Shown here: positions 9,947 to 17,009 of the stretch, in pieces | How positions within the stretch are numbered: the first letter of the stretch is position 1 | Layout: the number at the start of each line of letters is the position of its first letter | NCBI GenBank assembly: GCA_964348145.1 | Contig: CAYGBO010000006.1 | Coordinates: 28,450-69,818 of the forward strand | Reading direction: 5' to 3' | DNA from: an uncultured Methanomassiliicoccales archaeon | GTDB lineage: Archaea > Thermoplasmatota > Thermoplasmata > RBG-16-68-12 | DNA length: 41,369 nt | Translations under genes and position numbers: made by a program | Notes under the pieces: generated by a model | What the model saw: the letters and a program-made list of their open reading frames with translations, nothing else | What the model was told of the DNA's origin: nothing | The model's database searches: none

Positions 9947-10396
9947 ATGCATGGGGCCGAGAGGGGCGACTGCGTCTTCTGCAGGATCGTCCGCCGCGAG
10001 GCGCCCGCGAGCATTGTCCGAGAGGATGACGCGACCGTCGCGTTCCTGGATATCCGCCCGATGAACCAGGGACACGTCCTCATCGTGCCCAAGATCCACG
10101 GCGCCCACGTGGAAGACCTGCCGCCGGGGACAGCGGGTCCGATCCTCGAGGCCGCGCGGGAGATCTCCGCGGCCCTTCGGGCGAGCGGCCTGCGGTGCGA
10201 GGCGGTGAACTTCTACCTCGCAAACGGGAGGGCGGCGGGTCAGGAGGTCTCCCATGTCCACCTCCATGTCATCCCTCGCTATCGAGGGGACGGTTTCGGG
10301 CTCCGCGTGGGTCCCGACTACGGACACGCACCGAGCCGTGAGGACCTCGAGACCGTGGCCGCAAAGATCCGCGACGCCCTCGCGTCATCGGGATGA
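9947..10396 (+). CDS. HIT (histidine triad) family nucleotide hydrolase/transferase
   Basis: N-terminal CVFCRI, then NQGHVLIVPK, and the histidine triad HVHLHVIPR. Confidence 0.9.
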   Translation: MHGAERGDCVFCRIVRREAPASIVREDDATVAFLDIRPMNQGHVLIVPKIHGAHVEDLPPGTAGPILEAAREISAALRASGLRCEAVNFYLANGRAAGQEVSHVHLHVIPRYRGDGFGLRVGPDYGHAPSREDLETVAAKIRDALASSG

Positions 10397-10930
10397 GAGC
10401 CGGTCTCGAATCCGTGCGAGCTCCTCGGCGGACAATTCCTCCCGGGCGGTGGGGAAGAGGCTCATCCGCTCCTTACGGAAGTGATCCGCGAGGAACTGGA
10501 TCGTGAAGATACCGTGCCGGTTGAGCTCTTGGATTTCGGGCCACGGGTCCATCGCTGTGCGGAGAGCGTCCCGGGCCTCCTTGAGTTTTCCGATCTCCCG
10601 GCGAACCTCCTCGTGTTCGTACGCGACGACGTTCACAAGACTCCCGTATCGCCCGAGTCTCGTCTCAAGGAACGGGATGACGAGTTCTTCCTCGCGGTGA
10701 AAGTGAGGGAGGAGTTCGTCGTCGAGGAAACGGATCGCCTCGTCAAGGAGCAGGCGGTTCCCCTCGCTCGCCTCCCGCGTGGCCATCATCTCGTCGAGGA
10801 CGGCCTCGAACTCCACGAGCTTGTCCCCGAAGGCCTCATGTTCGTCCAGGAGGGTTGCGAAGGGGTCCGGGCGAGCCTCGCCCATCGATGCGGCCGAAGG
10901 CCTCCGGAGGGATAAGGCTGCGCCCGTCAC
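10385..10930 (-). CDS. Hemerythrin-like metal-binding domain protein
   Basis: Paired H/E ligand motifs on a four-helix pattern: EHEAF, HFHREEE, YEHEEVRREI and DHFRKE. Confidence 0.7.
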   Translation of the reverse strand: MTGAALSLRRPSAASMGEARPDPFATLLDEHEAFGDKLVEFEAVLDEMMATREASEGNRLLLDEAIRFLDDELLPHFHREEELVIPFLETRLGRYGSLVNVVAYEHEEVRREIGKLKEARDALRTAMDPWPEIQELNRHGIFTIQFLADHFRKERMSLFPTAREELSAEELARIRDRLSSR

Positions 10931-12216
10931 GGCGCGAACCGCGCGGGAGTCCGGGGGAACGGGACCGCGTCCCGGATGTGCTCAAGCCTGCAGACCCACT
11001 GGACGAGCCGTTCCATGCCCATGCCGAACCCGGAATGCGGGACCGCTCCATAGCGACGGGAGTCGAGGTACCATTCGTACGCCTTCGGATCTTCCCCCTG
11101 GTGGACGAGAGACTGTCGGATCGTCTCCAAATCCGTCTCGCGCTCGCTCCCGCCCACGAGTTCGCCGACGCCGTCTCCCGCGATGACGTCAAAGCCGAGC
11201 ACAAGGTCCGGGTTCTGCGGATCCCGGGCCTTGTAGAAGGCCTGGGAGATTCGCGGATAATGGCTCACGATGATGGGTTTCGTCTTGCCTTCGGTCAGCG
11301 CACGCTCCTCGAGGGTGCGCAGATCCTTGCCCCACTCGACCTCGACTCCTTTCGCCTTGAGGATCTCGAGGGCTTCATCGTACGTGTAGCGGTCGAAGGG
11401 CGGTGCGACGGCCTTGAGGAACTCAGGGGTCCGGCCGAGGGCGAGGACATCGTCCGGTCGCTCCTCTGCGACGCGATGGCACACATGGGAGACGACGCCT
11501 TCCGCGTGCCGGATGACTTCGTCCATGCCTGCCCACACTTCCTCCATCTCCGCATGCCAGTACTCTGTCAGATGGCGCGGGGTGCGGGACTTCTCGGCAC
11601 GAAAGGAGGGGGCTACTGTGTAGATGCGCTCCAGTGCCATGACCAAGGCCTCGGCGTACAGCTGCCAACTCTGGGTCAGATGGAGATCCCGATCGAAGTA
11701 GCGAACCTGAAACAAGGTCGCGCCGCCCTCACTCCCCGCGGGAGTGATCATCGGTGGATGGACCTCCCAAAAGCCCCGATCCCGGAAGTATTCGTGCACC
11801 GCGGCGAAAGCCGCGTGACGAACGCGGAGGATCGTTGCCATCCGTTGGGATCGGATCCAGAGGTGTCGGACATCGAGCAGGAACTCCTCGCTCAGATCCT
11901 CCTGGATAGGGAACTTCTCGGCGGCGTGGACGACCCGCACGGATGTCGCGCGTACCTCGATCCCTCCCGGCGCGCGTGTGTCCTCGGCAACGTGCCCCTT
12001 CACGATGACGGAGGACTCAATGAGAGCCCTCTCGATCGCGCGGAAGTCCGCTGCCGGCACGGCGTCGCGCGCCACGGTCACCTGCAGGATTCCCGTCGCG
12101 TCTCGTAGCACGACGAAGATCTTGCCGCCGACCGCTCGGATTCGATGGATCCAGCCCCGCAGCTCCACCTCCTTCCCGACGAACTGGCCCTTGACGATCT
12201 CTGCCACCGAGGGCAT
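10927..12216 (-). CDS. asnS: Asparagine--tRNA ligase (class IIb)
   Basis: An N-terminal OB anticodon-binding fold (RGWIHRIR..GK..F..LRD). Class II motif 2, FRAEKSRTPRHLTEYWHAE, is of AsnRS type rather than archaeal AspRS type. Also LTQSWQLY and motif 3, GFGMGMERL. Confidence 0.85.
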   Translation of the reverse strand: MPSVAEIVKGQFVGKEVELRGWIHRIRAVGGKIFVVLRDATGILQVTVARDAVPAADFRAIERALIESSVIVKGHVAEDTRAPGGIEVRATSVRVVHAAEKFPIQEDLSEEFLLDVRHLWIRSQRMATILRVRHAAFAAVHEYFRDRGFWEVHPPMITPAGSEGGATLFQVRYFDRDLHLTQSWQLYAEALVMALERIYTVAPSFRAEKSRTPRHLTEYWHAEMEEVWAGMDEVIRHAEGVVSHVCHRVAEERPDDVLALGRTPEFLKAVAPPFDRYTYDEALEILKAKGVEVEWGKDLRTLEERALTEGKTKPIIVSHYPRISQAFYKARDPQNPDLVLGFDVIAGDGVGELVGGSERETDLETIRQSLVHQGEDPKAYEWYLDSRRYGAVPHSGFGMGMERLVQWVCRLEHIRDAVPFPRTPARFAP

Positions 12217-12235
12217 GAACTCTCAGGCCATTCCG

Positions 12236-12793
12236 ATGGCTCTAGATTATCCTTTCGCGCGACGAAAGAGACAACTACCCGGCCCGCGGTCCGCCACCGC
12301 TTTGCTCCGGGTGGCCCGTCCCCGCGACCTTGACGAACTCGTCCGAATCGAGGAGGCTTGCTTCCAGGAGCACCGCTTTCGTCGCGAATACCTCGACTGG
12401 ATCGTCCACAACCGGAAGGCCTTGGCCCTCGTCGAAGATGACGGCCGCCGACTGATTGGCGCGTGCATGATCTTCTTCGAGGCACGGCAGAGTCGTGTGC
12501 TCTCGATTGCAGTTCTACCGGAATTCCGACGACGCGGCCTGGGAACGCGAATGATGCAGGCTGTCGAACGAGCCTCCCTCGAGCGAGGTTGCTCGATGAT
12601 CCGGCTCGAGGTCGCCACTCGGAACGTGACCGCGATCGAGTTCTACCGCGAACTCGGTTACGAGACGGACGGGCTGCTACCTAGATACTACTCCTGGGGG
12701 GAAGACGCCTTCAGCATGCGCAAGTCCCTCCTTGAAGCAAAGGACGAGGTTCGCGCGGGACGAACGCCTGTCCCCGAGAGACCCTTCGCATAA
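12236..12793 (+). CDS. GNAT family N-acetyltransferase (RimI-like)
   Basis: Acetyl-CoA binding motif A, VLPEFRRRGLGTRMM, followed by LEV...N..AI.FY..LGY. The ATG at 12236 avoids overlap with the divergent asnS start; an alternative ATG lies at 12215. Confidence 0.8.
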   Translation: MALDYPFARRKRQLPGPRSATALLRVARPRDLDELVRIEEACFQEHRFRREYLDWIVHNRKALALVEDDGRRLIGACMIFFEARQSRVLSIAVLPEFRRRGLGTRMMQAVERASLERGCSMIRLEVATRNVTAIEFYRELGYETDGLLPRYYSWGEDAFSMRKSLLEAKDEVRAGRTPVPERPFA

Positions 12794-12912
12794 TTGATTA
12801 TGGGGAAGGCATCTTTCATCAATCCGTCTCAACGGCGATCGCGACAATGCTTAAGGCGCGGTCCGGGATGGACGGAGCGAGAGCGTCAAGCCGCTCCCAT
12901 TGCCGAATCTCC

Positions 12913-13389
12913 ATGTTTGGCGTCGTCGTGTGTCCGCGCTGCCGTCGGGCGAAGGGCGTGAAGCTTTCCCAGAAGATGACGACCTGCTCGTGCGGTTTCG
13001 CGATCCGTGTCGTCCGGGCGAGGATCAGCGTCCGAGCGCCCAACGCACGAGAACTCGTGGAGCAGGTAGGCAGGGTCAATGCGCGGCTTGCCGGAGGTCT
13101 CGCGGCCTACGAACGGCCCTCTGATCGCCGCCCCCGAAGGCGCCTTCGAGACGTGCACGCACGGGCCATCGCCGCATCCACGCGTGCAGGGGACCGACCT
13201 CACCGCATCCAGGCGGCCGCCCTCGCGCTGACGAAGGAACTGGAGATGTTCTCCCTCGAGGACTGGCGCAAGGTCGTCGAAGGCCTCGGGATATCGGACC
13301 CGGAGGACGCCCTCGAGGGCCTCCTTCGCACGCGGGTCGTGTACGAACCCAAGCCGGGCTTCTACCGCAGCGTGATCCTCAGTCCTTGA
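12913..13389 (+). CDS. Zinc-ribbon protein (DUF1922-like N-terminus) with a C-terminal helical extension
   Basis: MFGVVVCPRCRRAKGV....TTCSCGF is a CxxC..CxC ribbon resembling the archaeal DUF1922 family. The ATG at 12913 is preferred to the ORF-track start at 12847. Confidence 0.5.
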   Translation: MFGVVVCPRCRRAKGVKLSQKMTTCSCGFAIRVVRARISVRAPNARELVEQVGRVNARLAGGLAAYERPSDRRPRRRLRDVHARAIAASTRAGDRPHRIQAAALALTKELEMFSLEDWRKVVEGLGISDPEDALEGLLRTRVVYEPKPGFYRSVILSP

Positions 13390-14113
13390 CGGCCCGGGCC
13401 CGCCGTCGCTCCCGTCGAATCTTCCGGCGAAGGTCCTCGGGGAGAGTGCCGGGAAGTAGTTCCCCGTAGGCGAAGGCGTACAGGATGAGCGCAAACCCAA
13501 GGGACGTAAGGACGGATAGGAAGCTCCACGGGTTGGCCGCGCCGAGGAGGAACGGGAACAAGAAGGCGGCGTGGCCGTACCGCACGGCGAGGGCCTGGGC
13601 CAAGGGCTTTCGCGTGAGGCCGCGAGAAGCGCCGAATCCGATCAGGGTGCCTGAGGCACCGTTCACGAGACTGAGGCCGAGGGAGAAGAGTGCAAACAGC
13701 GCGAGCGACTCCGGTGCATAGAGGGAACCCGCAGCGGTCCAGACCGCGGAGGCGACCACGGCAGTCGAGGCAGCGCCGACACCGAGCGGGACTCCGTAGA
13801 AGGTCGTGTCGAACCGCCCCCTATACTTCCGCCGGTTGAGGTAGACGACCTTGAAGGCTTCCTCGAAGAGTAGAATCCCCGCGAGGACGAGCACGGAGGC
13901 CCCGAGATTCTCACGGGGCAGGAGGAGATTGAGGGCGCTCGCAAACACGCCGAAGATCATCCCGACCGCGAGGGACCCGAAGACGCGGCGGTCGTCGAAA
14001 AGGGTGTGCTCGACCTTCGGTCGATCGAAGGGTCGAAGGGAGAACCAGAGGACCGCGAGGGCCGGGGTGACACCGAGGATCAGGGCGATGAAGAAATCGG
14101 CCTGGGTGACCAT
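13379..14113 (-). CDS. Polytopic membrane protein, PrsW-like intramembrane protease candidate
   Basis: About 7 TM helices and a LFEEAFKV (EExxK) motif within a helix. Later come a G.PLGVG segment and a GHAAF histidine motif, in the order expected for PrsW-family proteases. The membrane-protein call is firm and the protease family call is tentative. Confidence 0.55.
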   Translation of the reverse strand: MVTQADFFIALILGVTPALAVLWFSLRPFDRPKVEHTLFDDRRVFGSLAVGMIFGVFASALNLLLPRENLGASVLVLAGILLFEEAFKVVYLNRRKYRGRFDTTFYGVPLGVGAASTAVVASAVWTAAGSLYAPESLALFALFSLGLSLVNGASGTLIGFGASRGLTRKPLAQALAVRYGHAAFLFPFLLGAANPWSFLSVLTSLGFALILYAFAYGELLPGTLPEDLRRKIRRERRRARAVKD

Positions 14114-14191
14114 CGCAGATCAACCCAAGGCGGGCGAGGCTACTTAAGGACGGCGTCCACCGGATATCGAGCCTGACAACCGCGTCAATGC

Positions 14192-14199
14192 CTTTATGG
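14192..14199 (+). promoter_or_regulatory. TATA-like box (CTTTATGG) 36 nt upstream of the 14228 ATG
   Basis: Same core and spacing as the other putative promoters in this window. Confidence 0.4.
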
Positions 14200-14227
14200 C
14201 CGTGCCGAACGAACGGAATGGCCGCTA

Positions 14228-16258
14228 ATGCCCGGGAAACAGCCCCGGGCCCTCTGTCCTGTCTGCCAGGAGGCTATGCCCCCCGACGAGACGGAGTGCC
14301 GGAACTGCGGGGCCTTCGTGATCGACGAGGCAGTGGTCCGACTCTGCCGAGCCTTCGGCATCGATCGCGCCAAAGCCCTTCAGCTCTTCGAGGCCGGATT
14401 TCGCCACCCAAAGCAGATTCGCGATCGCGATCCGGATGGCGTCCTCCGTCGTCGAGAGAGCGGGCTGCTCTTCCTGTGCACGAACTGCGGCGGCTTCGTC
14501 GCAGGCGGGGATCGCAAATGCCAACGCTGCGGGGTCGAATTCGAGGGGACTCCGGACGACGAGCTGAAACCGAGGGACGTTGAGCAGGACATCCTAGACC
14601 TCCTGCTATGTACGAATTGCGGGGCGGACAACGGCCCTGGATGGACCGAGTGCGAGATCTGCGGAGAACCGCTGCCGGGCGCGCAACCGCCAGCGACCCC
14701 GAAGGAGACTCCGTCCCCGGCGCCGCCTCCGCCTGTAGCTCCCGAGCCCCCGCCCGATGAGGAGGATCAACTGCATCGGATTTTCGAGGACCTCGACGTC
14801 GCCCTGACACCAAGCGCGGAAGAGGAGGATGTGGAGGCCCAGGAGGAACCCCCCGCTCCCCCGCCTATGCCGACTCCGGAACCGATGGCTCCCGTGGGCG
14901 AGGTCGAACGGGAAGAGGACACATCCCCGGAGGGGATCCCGGGACCGAAACCGACGGAGACGGACCTCGAGAGTCTGCTTCCCGATGCCGCAGGATCCGA
15001 GCCCCAGGAAGCGGCAATGGAATTCGAACCCCGCGCGCCCTCCGCACCCGAAGTGCCGGAACCGGGCGTGCCCGAAGCGTCCTGTCGCACCGTCCGCCGC
15101 CCCGCGGAGATCCGGGTGCGGGGCCCGGGCCCCAAGTCTCCCGCCAGGGTTGCGGATCGCGCGAGAAAGGGATCTGCGTCGGTCCTTGTCGGGCCTGCGG
15201 TGGCGGGCGCTGCGCTGAGCCTCTATGTCGCGAATGCGCTCGGGCAGGACTGGACGATGTGGGGGATCGCCTTCCTGCTCGCTATCCTCTCGGGATATGC
15301 CCTCTCCGGCTCCTACCCCTCCCAAGGGGTCCGCCTGTCCCGCCTGGATGTTGTCCTCCTCGGCTCGGGCGCCGGACTCGAATGCCTCGCGCCGATCCTC
15401 TACGCCGCCTCCCCCGGGTTGCCGCCCGAACCCGGTTCCCTCCTTGCCGTCTCTGGCGCGATCCCTCTCGCGGCCGCCGCCCGACGGCTCCTCCGGGCGC
15501 CCGGGAGGACCCTGCTCGCCGCCGCGGGAGGCATTCCGCTCATCGCCCTCGCCACCACGGCCGCCTATGGCCTCCCCTTCGCCGGAACGTCCGCGTGGAC
15601 CCTCGGCCTGCTCGCCGCCGTGCCCTGGCCCGTGATCCTTACCCTCGTCGAGGCGCGCGAGCGAATTGTGGCCGGGGCGCTACGGCGGGATCTTGAACGC
15701 GCAGAACGGGGATTCGCGCGACAGGATTTTTCGAAGTCCGTCGAGGACTATGACCGTGCGATCCGTCTCACGGAGAAGGGCGCCGGGACGGAGGACCTGC
15801 CGTGGTACGGGAAGGGGGCTGCCCTCGTGATCCTAGGCCGCTACGAGGAAGCCCTCCGCGCGATCGATCAGGCCCTCGACATCAACCCTCACAACGAGGT
15901 CGCATGGGTGAACAAAGGGAACGCCTTCACGAAGATGGGGCGCCTCGTGGATGCGATGCGTTGCTTCAACGCGGCGATTCGAGTGAATCCCGCCTACGAG
16001 GTCGCGTGGAACAACAAGGGGAATGCCCTCGCACGTATGGGCCGGTACGAGGAGGCCCTTCGATGCTACGACAAGGCTTTGGAGATCGACCCGGAGTACC
16101 GAGGCGCATGGGTGAACAAGGGGTACGTGCTCTCGAAACTAGGGAGGTACGAGGAGGCCGCGACCTGCGCGGATCGCGTGATCGGACTCCGAGGAGCGGG
16201 ACGCACGGATGAAACGGCTCGTTCCCGAATTCGAGAATCGTCCCATTCAATTAATTAG
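14228..16258 (+). CDS. Multidomain membrane protein: three zinc ribbons and an HhH-like segment, a Pro/Glu-rich linker, a polytopic TM region, and C-terminal TPR repeats
   Basis: Three ribbons: CPVC..(11)..CRNC, CTNC..(9)..CQRC and CTNC..(10)..CEIC. An HhH-like segment AFGIDRAKALQLFEAGF. A P/E/A-rich low-complexity stretch (about 14675-15082). About 5-6 hydrophobic helices. Then 4-5 TPR units with the recurring AW.NKGNAL..MGRYEEAL..YDKALEI(D/N)P. Confidence 0.8.
   Translation: MPGKQPRALCPVCQEAMPPDETECRNCGAFVIDEAVVRLCRAFGIDRAKALQLFEAGFRHPKQIRDRDPDGVLRRRESGLLFLCTNCGGFVAGGDRKCQRCGVEFEGTPDDELKPRDVEQDILDLLLCTNCGADNGPGWTECEICGEPLPGAQPPATPKETPSPAPPPPVAPEPPPDEEDQLHRIFEDLDVALTPSAEEEDVEAQEEPPAPPPMPTPEPMAPVGEVEREEDTSPEGIPGPKPTETDLESLLPDAAGSEPQEAAMEFEPRAPSAPEVPEPGVPEASCRTVRRPAEIRVRGPGPKSPARVADRARKGSASVLVGPAVAGAALSLYVANALGQDWTMWGIAFLLAILSGYALSGSYPSQGVRLSRLDVVLLGSGAGLECLAPILYAASPGLPPEPGSLLAVSGAIPLAAAARRLLRAPGRTLLAAAGGIPLIALATTAAYGLPFAGTSAWTLGLLAAVPWPVILTLVEARERIVAGALRRDLERAERGFARQDFSKSVEDYDRAIRLTEKGAGTEDLPWYGKGAALVILGRYEEALRAIDQALDINPHNEVAWVNKGNAFTKMGRLVDAMRCFNAAIRVNPAYEVAWNNKGNALARMGRYEEALRCYDKALEIDPEYRGAWVNKGYVLSKLGRYEEAATCADRVIGLRGAGRTDETARSRIRESSHSIN
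15704..16189 (+). repeat. Tandem TPR-encoding repeats (protein-level, 34-aa periodicity) inside the 14228-16258 CDS
   Basis: The AWVNKG motif is encoded at about 15900 and 16105, and the related AWNNKG at about 16005. The RYEEA motif recurs at about 34-codon spacing. Confidence 0.7.
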
Positions 16259-16274
16259 GTGCGCTCGACAAGCA

Positions 16275-16523
16275 ATGTTGCCTACACGGAGGTTTCGCGT
16301 GGGCCGAATCGTTGACAAAGTACCCCTCGATCGCCTTCAGGACAAAGAACTCAAGATCAGCCTGCTTTGTCCGTACTGCAAGTCGACGCGCATCACCCTT
16401 GCGGGGGCCCAGTCGAGCGACGCCCTCGAGGGCGTGGACTGTCCGAAGTGCGAGGCCCACATCCTCCTCGATAGCATGAGCCTCGTGGTCGTGAAGGAAG
16501 GAAGGGCTGCGGCGAAGGGGTAG
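16275..16523 (+). CDS. Small zinc-ribbon protein (82 aa), unknown function
   Basis: CPYC..(19)..CPKC. An AGGTG Shine-Dalgarno-like element lies at 16257-16261, 13 nt upstream of the ATG, directly after the stop of the TPR gene, so the two are probably co-transcribed. The ORF-track start at 16209 would overlap the upstream gene by 50 nt. Confidence 0.5.
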   Translation: MLPTRRFRVGRIVDKVPLDRLQDKELKISLLCPYCKSTRITLAGAQSSDALEGVDCPKCEAHILLDSMSLVVVKEGRAAAKG

Positions 16524-16559
16524 TTCGTGAGGATCCGGGATGCTCCCGCGCGAAGGACC

Positions 16560-16943
16560 TCACATCTTCCATCGAGCAGGGTCCAGGGGCTCCTTCATGT
16601 CGAATTCGTTCCCGTCTGGGTCGACGAAGGCGCACAGCCACTCTCCCCAGGGCTCCTCTTTGGGCTCAGAGAGGAAATGCACCCCCTTCCCCCGAAGGCG
16701 CTGGTACTCCGCGCGGATGTCCTCCGTCAAGAAGGTAACGCCTGTTGGCCCGGGCCGGACTTGATCGGGCAGCTCGCAGAGGTGGATTCGCGTGCGCGGT
16801 CTTCCAGGGCCAAGCTCAATCCAGTGGCCGGTGTCGGGTGCGACGTAGGCGACCTCGAGGCCGAGCACGTCCCGATACCATGCGAGGGCCTTGCGCCGGT
16901 CCGCGACAACGACTGCAACCGTGTCGATTCCGACGAGGCCCAT
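16560..16943 (-). CDS. VOC family protein (glyoxalase / bleomycin-resistance fold)
   Basis: GIDTVAVVVADRRKALAWYRDVLG at the N-terminus, then GV.FL.EP.E.PWG....F.DPDGN at the C-terminus. At 127 aa this is a single VOC module pair. Confidence 0.85.
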   Translation of the reverse strand: MGLVGIDTVAVVVADRRKALAWYRDVLGLEVAYVAPDTGHWIELGPGRPRTRIHLCELPDQVRPGPTGVTFLTEDIRAEYQRLRGKGVHFLSEPKEEPWGEWLCAFVDPDGNEFDMKEPLDPARWKM

Positions 16944-17009
16944 GGTCCGCTGCCTCCATGTACATCCCAGTCCATGAAGATTCGCGCCGGATCCGTGTCG
17001 TGGGGCGGA

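Noticed and set aside
10855-12108. 417-aa plus-strand ORF
   Set aside because: It is antisense to asnS, has no motifs and shows a shadow-frame composition.
14675-15082. Pro/Glu/Ala-rich repetitive-looking DNA, considered as a tandem repeat or low-complexity non-coding region
   Set aside because: It is in frame within the 14228-16258 CDS and has no exact nucleotide repeat unit. I read it as a disordered linker.
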